DNA of 64,000 nt. Origin: an uncultured Lachnospiraceae bacterium. GTDB lineage: Bacteria > Bacillota > Clostridia > Lachnospirales > Lachnospiraceae. Where the stretch lies: positions 3,043 through 67,042 of the forward strand of contig CANPZE010000009.1 in the NCBI GenBank assembly GCA_947589315.1, written 5' to 3'. The position numbers and the translations under genes were made by a program. The number at the start of each line of letters is the position of its first letter. Position 1 is the stretch's first letter. Positions 25,242-33,967 of this stretch are shown here, piece after piece. The notes beneath the pieces were generated by a model. It was not told the origin of the DNA and ran no database searches. It saw only the letters and a list, made by a program, of their open reading frames with translations.

Positions 25242-28200
25242 ATGCCGAAATTTAGTGTAAAACGACCTTTTGTAGTGTTGGTGGTAGTGATCATGGTCCT
25301 GGTCCTGGGAGTGGTAAGCTTTACCAGGATGACAACGGATTTTCTCCCCAACATGAATATGCCATATATGATGGTGATCACTACATACCCGGGAGCATCG
25401 CCGGAGAAGGTGGAGAGTGAACTGACGGAGCTGATGGAGAACGGAGTAGCCACTGTGAATGGCGTAAAGAATGTGACCAGTACCTCCAGTGAGAATTACA
25501 GCATGGTTATGCTGGAGTTTGAGGAGGATACCAACATGGACAGCGCTATGGTGAAGGTGTCTTCTGCGGTCAATCAGCTGGAATTGCCGGAAAATGCCGG
25601 GAATCCCATGATCTTAGAGATTTCCATGGATATGATGCCGGTCATCCAGGCCAGTGTGGATTATGAGGGGAAGGATGGCTATGAGCTGACCCAGTTTGTG
25701 GATGAGAAGATCATTCCTGAGCTGGAGCGGCAGGACGGTGTGGCCAGTGTAGAGGCCTCCGGCCTGATTGAGAAGTCGGTAGAGATTGTCCTGGACCAGG
25801 ATAAGATTGATGACGTCAATGGGAAATTGCTGGAGAAGACCGATAGTTCGCTGAAGGATGCCAGGGAAAAGATCGATGATGCCCAGGATAAGATTGATGA
25901 CGGGAAGGCAGAGCTGGCCAGCCAGAAAACGGCGCTGGAATCCAAGCAGCAGGACCAGAGTAATGAGCTTGCCAAGTTCAGTAAGATGATGAATCAGGCC
26001 CTGGCTAATAAAGAGGCATATTCTGCCGAGGTCACCAGCCTGAAGGCCAGCCAGACCGCTCTGAGAATGGAGAAGAAGGCGTATAAGAAGAATAAGATAC
26101 AGAAGACGTATGACCAGATTAATGCTTCTTTTGCTGCGGCGAGGGAATCTCTCACATCTGGAGACGCTTACCAGGCTATTTATAATGCGATCTATCAGAA
26201 AGTTTTGGCAGCCTCTGTGCAGGAAGCCATGGGAGGGAGCGATTCCGGCGTAACGGTGACAGAAGAGAATGTGGAAGAGTATCTGGACCGTCTGGGCGAT
26301 GCCGGCGGCAAGATCAAAGCGGCGGCGGCCCAGAGCGCAGAGGAGGCGGCAAAGCAGCAGGCGCAGGCTCAGCTGGATTCTATTCCATCGGATATCAAGG
26401 ACGCCCTGGATAATCCTGATAAATTAAAGGCTTTCCGGGAGATGCTGATCCAGCAGGGGCAGCAGGAAGCAGGCAAGGGCATGACAAAGAAAAATCTCCA
26501 GTCTCTGTATGATATTGTCAATGAAAGGCTGCCTCAGATCAATACGGCCCTGGCCAATCTGTCGATTGAGATTAAGACGGCAGAGCAGGTACTGAAGCAG
26601 GTGGAGAAGTCTGTGAAAAAGGCAGAGGATCGGTATGAGGAGGTAGAGGCAGGCAAGATTACTGCAGCAGCAGCCTTTGGTTCTGCCAATGCCCAGCTTT
26701 CTTCTGCAGAGAGCGCCCTGGACAATAGCGAAAAGGAACTGAAGGAGGCCAGAAAGTCTTATGAGAGTTCTAAGAAGCAGGCGCTGAAAAATGCCAATCT
26801 GGACCAGCTCCTGACCATGGAACAATTGTCCAATATCCTGACGGCAGAGAATTTCTCTATGCCGGCGGGGTATATCAGTGAGGATGAGACCCAGTACCTG
26901 ATCAAGGTAGGCGATGAATATGAGGATATGGAGGAGCTGAAGAACACTCTCCTGACCAATGTGAAGGATATTGGAGATATCCGTTTAAATGATGTGGCAG
27001 ATATTACTGTGATTGATAATTCTTCTGAGTCCTATGCCAAGGTGAATGAGAATGATGCGGTCATTTTGAGTATTACCAAGTCCAGTACAGCGGGAACTTC
27101 TACGGTATCCAAGAAGTGTAATGAAGCGATTAAACGTCTGCAGAAGGAGAATAAAGGGCTGCGCATTGTGAATCTGCTGGATCAGGGGGATTACATTAAA
27201 CTGATCATTGACTCGGTGCTGTCCAATCTGATCTGGGGCGCATTGCTGGCCATCCTTGTCCTCCTGTTATTCCTGAAGGATGTGCGTCCTACGGTGGTAG
27301 TTGCCTTCAGCATCCCTATGAGTGTGCTTTTTGCCGTAGTGCTTATGTATTTTTCCGATATTACTATGAATATCATTTCCCTGTCGGGTCTGGCATTGGG
27401 AATCGGTATGTTGGTGGATAATTCTATTGTAGTTATTGAAAATATCTACCGTCTGCGGAATAAGGGGATTCCCGTGGCGAGGGCGGCCGTTATGGGGGCC
27501 AACCAGGTGGCGGGAGCGATCTTCTCCTCCACATTGACTACGATCTGCGTATTTCTGCCTATTGTTTTTGTGGACGGACTGACAAGGCAGATCATGCAGG
27601 ATATGTGCCTGACGATCACATACAGCCTGAGCGCCAGCCTGATCGTGGCATTGACTGTAGTACCCAGTATGAGTTCTACTCTGCTGAAAAAGGAAAGTAC
27701 GGTAAAGCATCGCTGGTTTGATGCTATTGTGAATGGATATGATAAGGTGATCCGCTTCTGCCTTCGCTTTAAGGCAGTCCCCCTGCTGTTGTCTGTACTT
27801 CTTCTGGTGTTCTGTGTCTGGAAGGTGACCCAGATGGGGCTGGTGATCATGCCCAACATGGGAAGCGAGCAGATGTCTGTCTCTGTTACGATGGATAATG
27901 AGACTACCAGGGAAGAGGATTATGAGACGGCAGACAAGATCATCCAGGAGGTTTCCAAGATCGAGGGAATTGATATTATGGGCGGCGTGATGGATTCCGG
28001 GACCTCTGTCATGTCTACCTCAGACAAGGCGTATACCTTCCTGCTTCTGCTGAAGGAGGATTATTCTTCCCAGAATAAGGAGATTGCCAAGAAGATCGAG
28101 GGAGTTCTGGAGAAGTTTTCCCTGAAAGATTTTTCCGTATCAGAGTCTAATATGGATATGTCCAGCATGCTGGCCTCTGGCCTGACGGTGAATATTTATG

Positions 28201-29315
28201 GAAAGGACCATGAGAAGCTGCTGAAGATCAGTAAGGATATCATGAAAATGGTAGAGGGGATCGAAGGCTTTGAGGAGGTGTCAAACGGCCAGGAAGAGGG
28301 AGATACTGAGGTGATCGTCACCGTGAATAAGGATAAGGCAATGCGGTATGGGCTGACGGTGGCGCAGGTATATGCCAAGATTAATGAAGCGTTGACCACG
28401 GAGAAGAATTCCACTACAATCACGGTAGAAGATAAGGAATATCAGGTGAAGATCGTAGATGACAGGGAGGAATTGGATACCGGGAATCTGGAGGATTACG
28501 AGTTTGAGACTACGAAGATGACAGATACCGGAAAAAGTAAGAAAGAACAGCACAAGCTGAATGAGTTTGCAGAGATCAGCCGGGGAGAGGGGGTAGCTTC
28601 CCTGAACCGGGAGAATCTGGTAAATTATATAGCGGTTACGGCGGATACAAAGGATGGTTATAATACTACACTGCTCAGCCGTAAGCTGCAGGACCAGCTG
28701 GATCAATATCAGGCGCCGGATGGATATGAGGTGGAGATCGCAGGTGAGAGTGAGACTACAGATGAAATGGTACGGAATATGTCTCTGATGATATTCCTGG
28801 CGGTGATATTTATTTATCTGATCATGGTAGCCCAGTTCCAGAGCCTTCTGTCGCCGTTTATCGTGATTTTTACGATACCTCTGGCATTTACCGGAGGCCT
28901 GCTGGCGCTGCTGATAACAGGGCAGGAGATTTCTATGATGGCATTGATGGGCTTCCTGGTGCTGTCCGGTGTGGTAGTAAATAATGGTATTGTATTTGTG
29001 GACTATGTGAATCAGCTGCGAATCGGCGGAACGGAGAAGAGGGAGGCGCTGGTAGAGGCCGGCAAAACCCGTATGCGTCCTATTATGATGACGGCGCTGA
29101 CTACGATCCTTGCTATGTCTACTATGGCAGTGAGCCGGGACAGCTCGGCCGATATGGGAAGAGGCATGGCGATCGTGACCATTGGCGGTCTTGCTTATGC
29201 CACGTTGATGACTTTGTTTATTGTCCCTGTATTGTATGATATCTTTTATCGGAAGAAGGAAATGAAGGCAGTGGATCTGGGGGATGAAACAACTCTGAAT
29301 GATCATGAGGAGTAA
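25242..29315 (+). CDS. RND-family efflux permease (AcrB/SwrC-like) with a coiled-coil insertion of about 330 aa in the first extracytoplasmic loop
   Basis: The N-terminus KRPFVVLVVVIMVLVLGVVSF...LPNMNMPYMMVITTYPGASPE and 12-TM RND topology are present. Length is about 1357 aa against roughly 1050 for typical Gram-positive RND pumps. Confidence 0.9.
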   Translation: MPKFSVKRPFVVLVVVIMVLVLGVVSFTRMTTDFLPNMNMPYMMVITTYPGASPEKVESELTELMENGVATVNGVKNVTSTSSENYSMVMLEFEEDTNMDSAMVKVSSAVNQLELPENAGNPMILEISMDMMPVIQASVDYEGKDGYELTQFVDEKIIPELERQDGVASVEASGLIEKSVEIVLDQDKIDDVNGKLLEKTDSSLKDAREKIDDAQDKIDDGKAELASQKTALESKQQDQSNELAKFSKMMNQALANKEAYSAEVTSLKASQTALRMEKKAYKKNKIQKTYDQINASFAAARESLTSGDAYQAIYNAIYQKVLAASVQEAMGGSDSGVTVTEENVEEYLDRLGDAGGKIKAAAAQSAEEAAKQQAQAQLDSIPSDIKDALDNPDKLKAFREMLIQQGQQEAGKGMTKKNLQSLYDIVNERLPQINTALANLSIEIKTAEQVLKQVEKSVKKAEDRYEEVEAGKITAAAAFGSANAQLSSAESALDNSEKELKEARKSYESSKKQALKNANLDQLLTMEQLSNILTAENFSMPAGYISEDETQYLIKVGDEYEDMEELKNTLLTNVKDIGDIRLNDVADITVIDNSSESYAKVNENDAVILSITKSSTAGTSTVSKKCNEAIKRLQKENKGLRIVNLLDQGDYIKLIIDSVLSNLIWGALLAILVLLLFLKDVRPTVVVAFSIPMSVLFAVVLMYFSDITMNIISLSGLALGIGMLVDNSIVVIENIYRLRNKGIPVARAAVMGANQVAGAIFSSTLTTICVFLPIVFVDGLTRQIMQDMCLTITYSLSASLIVALTVVPSMSSTLLKKESTVKHRWFDAIVNGYDKVIRFCLRFKAVPLLLSVLLLVFCVWKVTQMGLVIMPNMGSEQMSVSVTMDNETTREEDYETADKIIQEVSKIEGIDIMGGVMDSGTSVMSTSDKAYTFLLLLKEDYSSQNKEIAKKIEGVLEKFSLKDFSVSESNMDMSSMLASGLTVNIYGKDHEKLLKISKDIMKMVEGIEGFEEVSNGQEEGDTEVIVTVNKDKAMRYGLTVAQVYAKINEALTTEKNSTTITVEDKEYQVKIVDDREELDTGNLEDYEFETTKMTDTGKSKKEQHKLNEFAEISRGEGVASLNRENLVNYIAVTADTKDGYNTTLLSRKLQDQLDQYQAPDGYEVEIAGESETTDEMVRNMSLMIFLAVIFIYLIMVAQFQSLLSPFIVIFTIPLAFTGGLLALLITGQEISMMALMGFLVLSGVVVNNGIVFVDYVNQLRIGGTEKREALVEAGKTRMRPIMMTALTTILAMSTMAVSRDSSADMGRGMAIVTIGGLAYATLMTLFIVPVLYDIFYRKKEMKAVDLGDETTLNDHEE

Positions 29316-29321
29316 AGAAGG

Positions 29322-30104
29322 ATGCTTGGGAAAAAGATTAGAGGAGTCTTTGGAATTGTGATCTTGCTGGCGCTGGCCTGGAGCGGCCTGCGCCAGCCGG
29401 TTTGCGCTGCTGCTTCTGCTGGCGGCGCTGAAAAGAATGATAAGGTGATCGAGAAGGCATTTAAGAGCTGCGATGACTATAAAGCCCTTGCCGCTATAGG
29501 CTTTTCCCCCTGCGAGGCATTGGAGGAGCGGTTGTCAGAGATTGATGTGAAGGTAAAGGGAGTGAAGAATTTTGCCTTCAGGAAATGCGCTATTTCCGGA
29601 GAGGAAGACAGAGATATCATTATGACTGTGGATGTGGAAACGGGCATGTACTCTGTTACTATACTTATGGTATTTATCAACAGCGATACCGGTTATCGGG
29701 CAGACGTTTCTGAAGTCTCTGTCAGCCGCCATATGAAGTATCAATTGCTGGACATAGACCATGACGGACAGTCGGAGCTGCTGCTGGATTCTATTTGGAC
29801 CCATCAGAGGGTAGAACGGTATCTGCAGATATATCAGTGGTCAGAGAAGGGGCATATGAAATCTATTTTTAAAAGGTCTGTCTGTATTGTGGGAGAGAGA
29901 GATCACCGGGTTTCTTATTGTCTACGGAAGGGGGAAGTAGTTCTCACTGTGAAGAAGCTGTATATCAATACGGAATATAAGTCCAGGACGGCGAGAAAAA
30001 TGCGGTATTGGTATCGGTATAAAAACGGGAGGTATATTTTGAGAAAGCAAAAGGTTCTCTTTCGATCTCCCCGAAAGGACTTTAGAAGCTGGACGGTTGG
30101 ATGA
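29322..30104 (+). CDS. secreted hypothetical protein, co-oriented 6 nt after the RND gene
   Basis: Signal peptide (VFGIVILLALAWSGLRQPVCAAASA). No family recognised. Confidence 0.65.
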   Translation: MLGKKIRGVFGIVILLALAWSGLRQPVCAAASAGGAEKNDKVIEKAFKSCDDYKALAAIGFSPCEALEERLSEIDVKVKGVKNFAFRKCAISGEEDRDIIMTVDVETGMYSVTILMVFINSDTGYRADVSEVSVSRHMKYQLLDIDHDGQSELLLDSIWTHQRVERYLQIYQWSEKGHMKSIFKRSVCIVGERDHRVSYCLRKGEVVLTVKKLYINTEYKSRTARKMRYWYRYKNGRYILRKQKVLFRSPRKDFRSWTVG

Positions 30105-30123
30105 TTTTGAAGGGTAGGAGTTT

Positions 30124-31542
30124 ATGGAAAAAGAATCGAAAACAAATTTAAAAGAATTGAAAAGAAATTCATTTGGCGGATCGATCGGATTTGTACTGGC
30201 GGCGGCAGGAAGCGCAGTGGGACTTGGAAATATATGGAGATTTCCCTATCTGGCTGCCAAGGATGGCGGAGGCATGTTTTTGCTGATATATGTTGTCCTT
30301 GCTGTTACTTTTGGCTTTACGCTTTTGATCACGGAGATCGCAATCGGCAGAAAGACCAAGCAGAGCCCGCTGACTGCCTACGGCAGATTACACAGCAAAT
30401 GGAAAGGCCTTGGGGTTGTTGCCTGCCTGATCCCTGTGATCATTTTGCCTTACTATTGTGTGATCGGCGGCTGGGTTGTGAAATATTTTCTGCTGTATAT
30501 TACGGGAAATGGCGATCTGGCAGCGCAGGATGGGTATTTTAGTTCTTATATTTCTGGCAGGGAAGAGCCGGTGATCATGCTCTTGCTCTTTCTGGTCATA
30601 GTGACCTTTGTGATCCTGCGGGGAGTAAATAAGGGGATTGAGTCTTTCTCCAAAGTTCTTATGCCTGTCCTGGTATTGCTTGTGATCGGGATCGCCGTGT
30701 TTTCCCTGACGATCAGCCATACGGATGTCAATGGAGTGGCCAGGACAGGCCTGCAGGGGTTTGGCGTTTATGTGATTCCGGACTTTAAGGGGATGACAGC
30801 AAGCCATTTCTTTTCTATTTTGATGGATGCGACAGGACAGTTATTTTTCAGTCTGAGTGTTGCCATGGGGATTATGATCGCCTATGGCTCTTACGTGCAT
30901 GATGATGCCAATCTTAAAACCTCGATTAACCAGATTGAGATTTTTGATACTGCGATCGCATTTCTGGCAGGAGCAATGATTATCCCTGCCGTATACGTAT
31001 TTGGGGGAGAAGAGGGAATGGCCGCCTCTGGACCAGGTCTGATGTTTGTCTCCCTGCCCAAGGTATTTTTTTCTATGGGGCGGATCGGCAATTTTGTGGG
31101 GTGCCTGTTCTTTGCCATGGTGCTTTTTGCAGCGCTTACAAGCGCCATATCGATTATGGAGGCCGTGGTCTCCAGTATGATGGACCGTTTTGGCATTTCC
31201 AGGAGAAAGGCGGCTGTAACGGAGACGGTTATTGCCGCAGTTGCAGGTGTGGCAGTATGCCTGGGATATAATGTCCTGTATTTTGAATTGCCCCTTCCTA
31301 CTGGTTCTGTGGCCCAGATATTGGACATTATGGATTATGTCAGCAATAACATCCTGATGCCTCTGGTAGCGATCGGCACCTGTATCCTGGTCGGCTGGGT
31401 GGTCAAGCCGGATATGGTTGTGGCGGAGGTAGAGAAAAACGGAACGAAAATGGGAAGAAAGACACTTTATATTGTTATGGTTAAATATATTGCGCCTGTT
31501 ATGCTGTGCATTCTTTTCCTGAAATCCCTGGGATTGTTTTAG
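30124..31542 (+). CDS. sodium-dependent transporter, SNF (neurotransmitter:sodium symporter) family
   Basis: GFVLAAAGSAVGLGNIWRFPY signature in a polytopic membrane protein. Confidence 0.92.
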   Translation: MEKESKTNLKELKRNSFGGSIGFVLAAAGSAVGLGNIWRFPYLAAKDGGGMFLLIYVVLAVTFGFTLLITEIAIGRKTKQSPLTAYGRLHSKWKGLGVVACLIPVIILPYYCVIGGWVVKYFLLYITGNGDLAAQDGYFSSYISGREEPVIMLLLFLVIVTFVILRGVNKGIESFSKVLMPVLVLLVIGIAVFSLTISHTDVNGVARTGLQGFGVYVIPDFKGMTASHFFSILMDATGQLFFSLSVAMGIMIAYGSYVHDDANLKTSINQIEIFDTAIAFLAGAMIIPAVYVFGGEEGMAASGPGLMFVSLPKVFFSMGRIGNFVGCLFFAMVLFAALTSAISIMEAVVSSMMDRFGISRRKAAVTETVIAAVAGVAVCLGYNVLYFELPLPTGSVAQILDIMDYVSNNILMPLVAIGTCILVGWVVKPDMVVAEVEKNGTKMGRKTLYIVMVKYIAPVMLCILFLKSLGLF

Positions 31543-31626
31543 AAGAAGGGCGGCGTTGTACGATAAAATGGGAAGGCAATTCCTGGTCGTATCGGATTAT
31601 GATAAGTGAAATGATAGGTGAGTGAT

Positions 31627-32178
31627 ATGCTTTATATTATGCGTCATGGTAAGACGGATTGGAATGAGACTCATAGATTGCAGGGGAGGACAGATATTCC
31701 CCTGAATGATACAGGGAGGGCGATGGCCAGGGCGGCCGGCAAGGAATATCAGAATATAAATCTTGATATTTGTTACTGTTCTCCGTTGGCCCGGGCCAGA
31801 GAGACGGCAGAGCTTGTACTGCAAAACAGGGATATCCCTATTGTATTTGATGACCGGCTGCAGGAAATGAAGTTTGGGATCTGTGAGGGGGTTGAGATTG
31901 CCTTTGAGAAAGAAGATGACCCGATTCATGTTTTCTTTCACGCCCCATCGCAATATGTTGCAGTGGAGGGAGGCGAAAGCTTTGAAGAGCTATTTGCGAG
32001 GACCGGTTCCTTCCTGAAAGAAATTATCATGCCCGCATTAGAAGAAAATAAGGATATTCTTATTGTGGGACATGGCGCAGTAAATTCCAGTATTGCATGC
32101 CAAATAAAGGATATTCCATTGGATAGATTTTGGGAGACCGGGATTGAAAATTGTAAGCTGATAGAATTGTTACCCTGA
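31627..32178 (+). CDS. histidine phosphatase family protein (phosphoglycerate mutase-like)
   Basis: LYIMRHGKTDWN (RHG motif) and a later GHG motif (ILIVGHGAV). Confidence 0.88.
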   Translation: MLYIMRHGKTDWNETHRLQGRTDIPLNDTGRAMARAAGKEYQNINLDICYCSPLARARETAELVLQNRDIPIVFDDRLQEMKFGICEGVEIAFEKEDDPIHVFFHAPSQYVAVEGGESFEELFARTGSFLKEIIMPALEENKDILIVGHGAVNSSIACQIKDIPLDRFWETGIENCKLIELLP

Positions 32179-32212
32179 TAATTTGTTTCTGTTGTTTGCG
32201 TGTGAAAAATTG

Positions 32213-32241
32213 TTGACGGAAATGCCGATAAGTGCTAAGAT
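32213..32241 (+). promoter_or_regulatory. candidate promoter for a short + strand RNA
   Basis: TTGACG (32213-32218), a 17-nt spacer, then TAAGAT (32236-32241). No plausible ORF follows before the terminator. Confidence 0.35.
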
Positions 32242-32247
32242 AATTTA

Positions 32248-32340
32248 TAGAAAAGGTGTTACCGTAAAGCAACGGTTCGCCTCGGTTATATGGTTATCAA
32301 AAAAGCAACCTAACTTTGGTCGGAGCGGTTGCTTTTTTGA
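32248..32340 (+). ncRNA. candidate small RNA of about 90 nt, convergent with and overlapping the 3' end of the small hydrophobic-peptide gene (antitoxin-like)
   Basis: Bounded by the candidate promoter and by the hairpin AAAAAAGCAACC...GGTTGCTTTTTT. Its last 30 nt or so are antisense to ORF 32310..32432. Confidence 0.3.
32297..32340. terminator. bidirectional intrinsic terminator
   Basis: GCAACC / GGTTGC stem flanked by an A6 run on one side and a T6 run on the other, so it can work on both strands. Confidence 0.6.
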
Positions 32341-32432
32341 TGTCTTTTATTTTTTCTGGTCTGCCGGATACTGATCACAGTGACGATGATACTGATGACC
32401 GTCACTACAATACCGACAAGCTCCAAAATCAT
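32310..32432 (-). CDS. 40-aa hydrophobic peptide with a basic tail (candidate type I toxin / holin-like peptide)
   Basis: MILELVGIVVTVISIIVTVISIRQTRKNKRHQKSNRSDQS. The ATG overlaps the TGA of a 14-codon upstream ORF (ATGA). It is below the ORF-track cutoff. Confidence 0.4.
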   Translation of the reverse strand: MILELVGIVVTVISIIVTVISIRQTRKNKRHQKSNRSDQS

Positions 32433-32473
32433 TCCCAACACCAATAGTGCTTACCTTTCACGTTATTTTCCAT
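32429..32473 (-). CDS. 14-codon leader ORF (MENNVKGKHYWCWE) coupled to the hydrophobic peptide ORF
   Basis: Strong SD GAAGGAGGGG lies 6 nt before the ATG at 32473. The stop overlaps the downstream start. Confidence 0.3.
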   Translation of the reverse strand: MENNVKGKHYWCWE

Positions 32474-32564
32474 ATGTATCCCCTCCTTCGATACAGGAAG
32501 TTCTCAAAATGTACTCATTTTGGCAAAAGGCGAACCGCTACCCGTTTTGGTAACACCTACATAT

Positions 32565-32592
32565 ATTCTACCATAGTGACAGAGGTTTGCAA
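32565..32592 (-). promoter_or_regulatory. candidate promoter for the small-peptide mRNA
   Basis: On the minus strand: TTGCAA (32592-32587), a 16-nt spacer, then TGG-TAGAAT (extended -10, 32573-32565). Confidence 0.45.
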
Positions 32593-32693
32593 GATGTGAC
32601 AGCAAATAAAATATTACTTTTGGCTTTTTTGTTCTATTTTGGCGGGCTTTATGCGGGTACAGAACAGAACACGGCATTGTGGGAGGAATCGCC

Positions 32694-32833
32694 GGTCGTA
32701 TTGACATTTTATTTCTCTCTGAGTAAAATAATCGCAGTGTCTGGTCATTAGAGGACATAAAGAGATAATTGAACAGGAAGTAGAGAAGGAGAATGATTGA
32801 ATGAAAAAGAAATTATTAGCGATTACATTGTGT
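32694..32833 (+). repeat. direct repeat, copy 1 (promoter, 5' UTR and first 11 codons of a lipoprotein gene)
   Basis: About 96% identical and indel-free relative to 33828-33967, at an offset of exactly 1134 bp. Contains TTGACA, an SD and ATGAAAAAGAAATTATTAGCGATTACATTGTGT. Confidence 0.9.
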
Positions 32834-32875
32834 CAAAGTACGCTCCGACATATAACACATCCTATGCAAAAGTAG
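32801..32875 (+). pseudogene. truncated lipoprotein gene remnant (signal-peptide start only)
   Basis: MKKKLLAITLC is identical to the start of 33935..34528. The sequence then diverges and stops after 24 codons. Confidence 0.6.
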
Positions 32876-33040
32876 CCAATGGTTCTATGCACGAAAAAGA
32901 ATGGGTATTAGAACTTATAGAAATGGAAAATGGTCTCCCATTATAAAAAATCCAAATCCTTGGGAGTAAAAAAAGTTAAAAATGAATCTCATATCAAATA
33001 ACTGGTTGCTAGTAAGGGAGGACTTTTTATTGCGCTTCAG

Positions 33041-33256
33041 ATGAGTTCTCATGATATTACTGTTGAGGGCAGTGCAACAATTGATGATAAGAAAGAAATT
33101 AAAGAAGCTATTGGTATTTTGAATGATATAAAAGTAATATCAGGAAAATATTCTGTTTACGACTTAGAAGGAGAATCACCATCTGCATGGATAATGATTT
33201 ATGATGGAACTAAAGTAGTAAATTCTATATATTTTTATTACAATATAGTTGCATAG
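33041..33256 (+). CDS. hypothetical 71-aa ORF in the low-GC islet, possibly a gene fragment
   Basis: ORF only. The neighbouring frames contain further short open stretches, which suggests decay. Confidence 0.3.
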   Translation: MSSHDITVEGSATIDDKKEIKEAIGILNDIKVISGKYSVYDLEGESPSAWIMIYDGTKVVNSIYFYYNIVA

Positions 33257-33386
33257 GAGGGCGATTATTATAAGATAAGTATTTCACAGTATAATAAGTT
33301 GATTGATTTGTGTCGGCAATATGGAGATGTTTCTTAATATGATTATTAAATAAACGGAAGGTTACGTATATGAGAAAGGAGATTGA

Positions 33387-33674
33387 TTGTTCTATATGTT
33401 AAAAGACAGTGAAGAAAAAATTGAATTAAAGAAGTATAAATATTGTTCAGTATCAATGGTGGTTATATATGTAATGATAACATTTTTTGATTTGATCACA
33501 GATAATCTTTCTGCTCAGTCAATTATGATATTTACAGTTTATATGTGCATGGAAGGTATAATCTCTTTTTATTATGAGCATAAACTTAGAAAATTATTCT
33601 TATCAATTATAATGGCAATTATTTTTTCTTTTTTTGCTTATGAATACGTGATTACTATAATTTCGAAATTATGA
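33387..33674 (+). CDS. small membrane protein (95 aa, about 3 TM) in the low-GC islet
   Basis: AAAGGAGA lies 6 nt before TTG 33387. Hydrophobic helices are present and the codon usage is AT-rich. Confidence 0.5.
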   Translation: MFYMLKDSEEKIELKKYKYCSVSMVVIYVMITFFDLITDNLSAQSIMIFTVYMCMEGIISFYYEHKLRKLFLSIIMAIIFSFFAYEYVITIISKL

Positions 33675-33827
33675 TTTAGTTTTTTGTGGTTTCGGAAATC
33701 AATATGAGAATTTCTATGTAATTTGAGTATATTACCCTGATTATTAAATATTATATACAGGATAGATGTTTATATGCAGGCACAAGATTAAGATGTAGCG
33801 ATTGATGACAATGCCTTGAAAAGCCGC

Positions 33828-33967
33828 GGCCGTATTGACATTTTATTTCTTTCTGAGTAAAATAATCGCAGTGTCTGGTTATTAGAGGACATAAAGAGAC
33901 AATTGAACAGGAAGTAGAGAAGGAGAACGATCGAATGAAAAAGAAATTATTAGCGATTACATTGTGT
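33828..33967 (+). repeat. direct repeat, copy 2 (functional promoter and 5' end of the lipoprotein gene)
   Basis: See copy 1. Confidence 0.9.

Noticed and set aside
32183-32758. Track ORFs 32183..32374 (+) and 32504..32758 (-).
   Set aside because: Neither has an SD. They run through the terminator hairpin and promoter elements, and their composition is unlike that of proteins. The small-peptide and sRNA interpretation fits the signals better.
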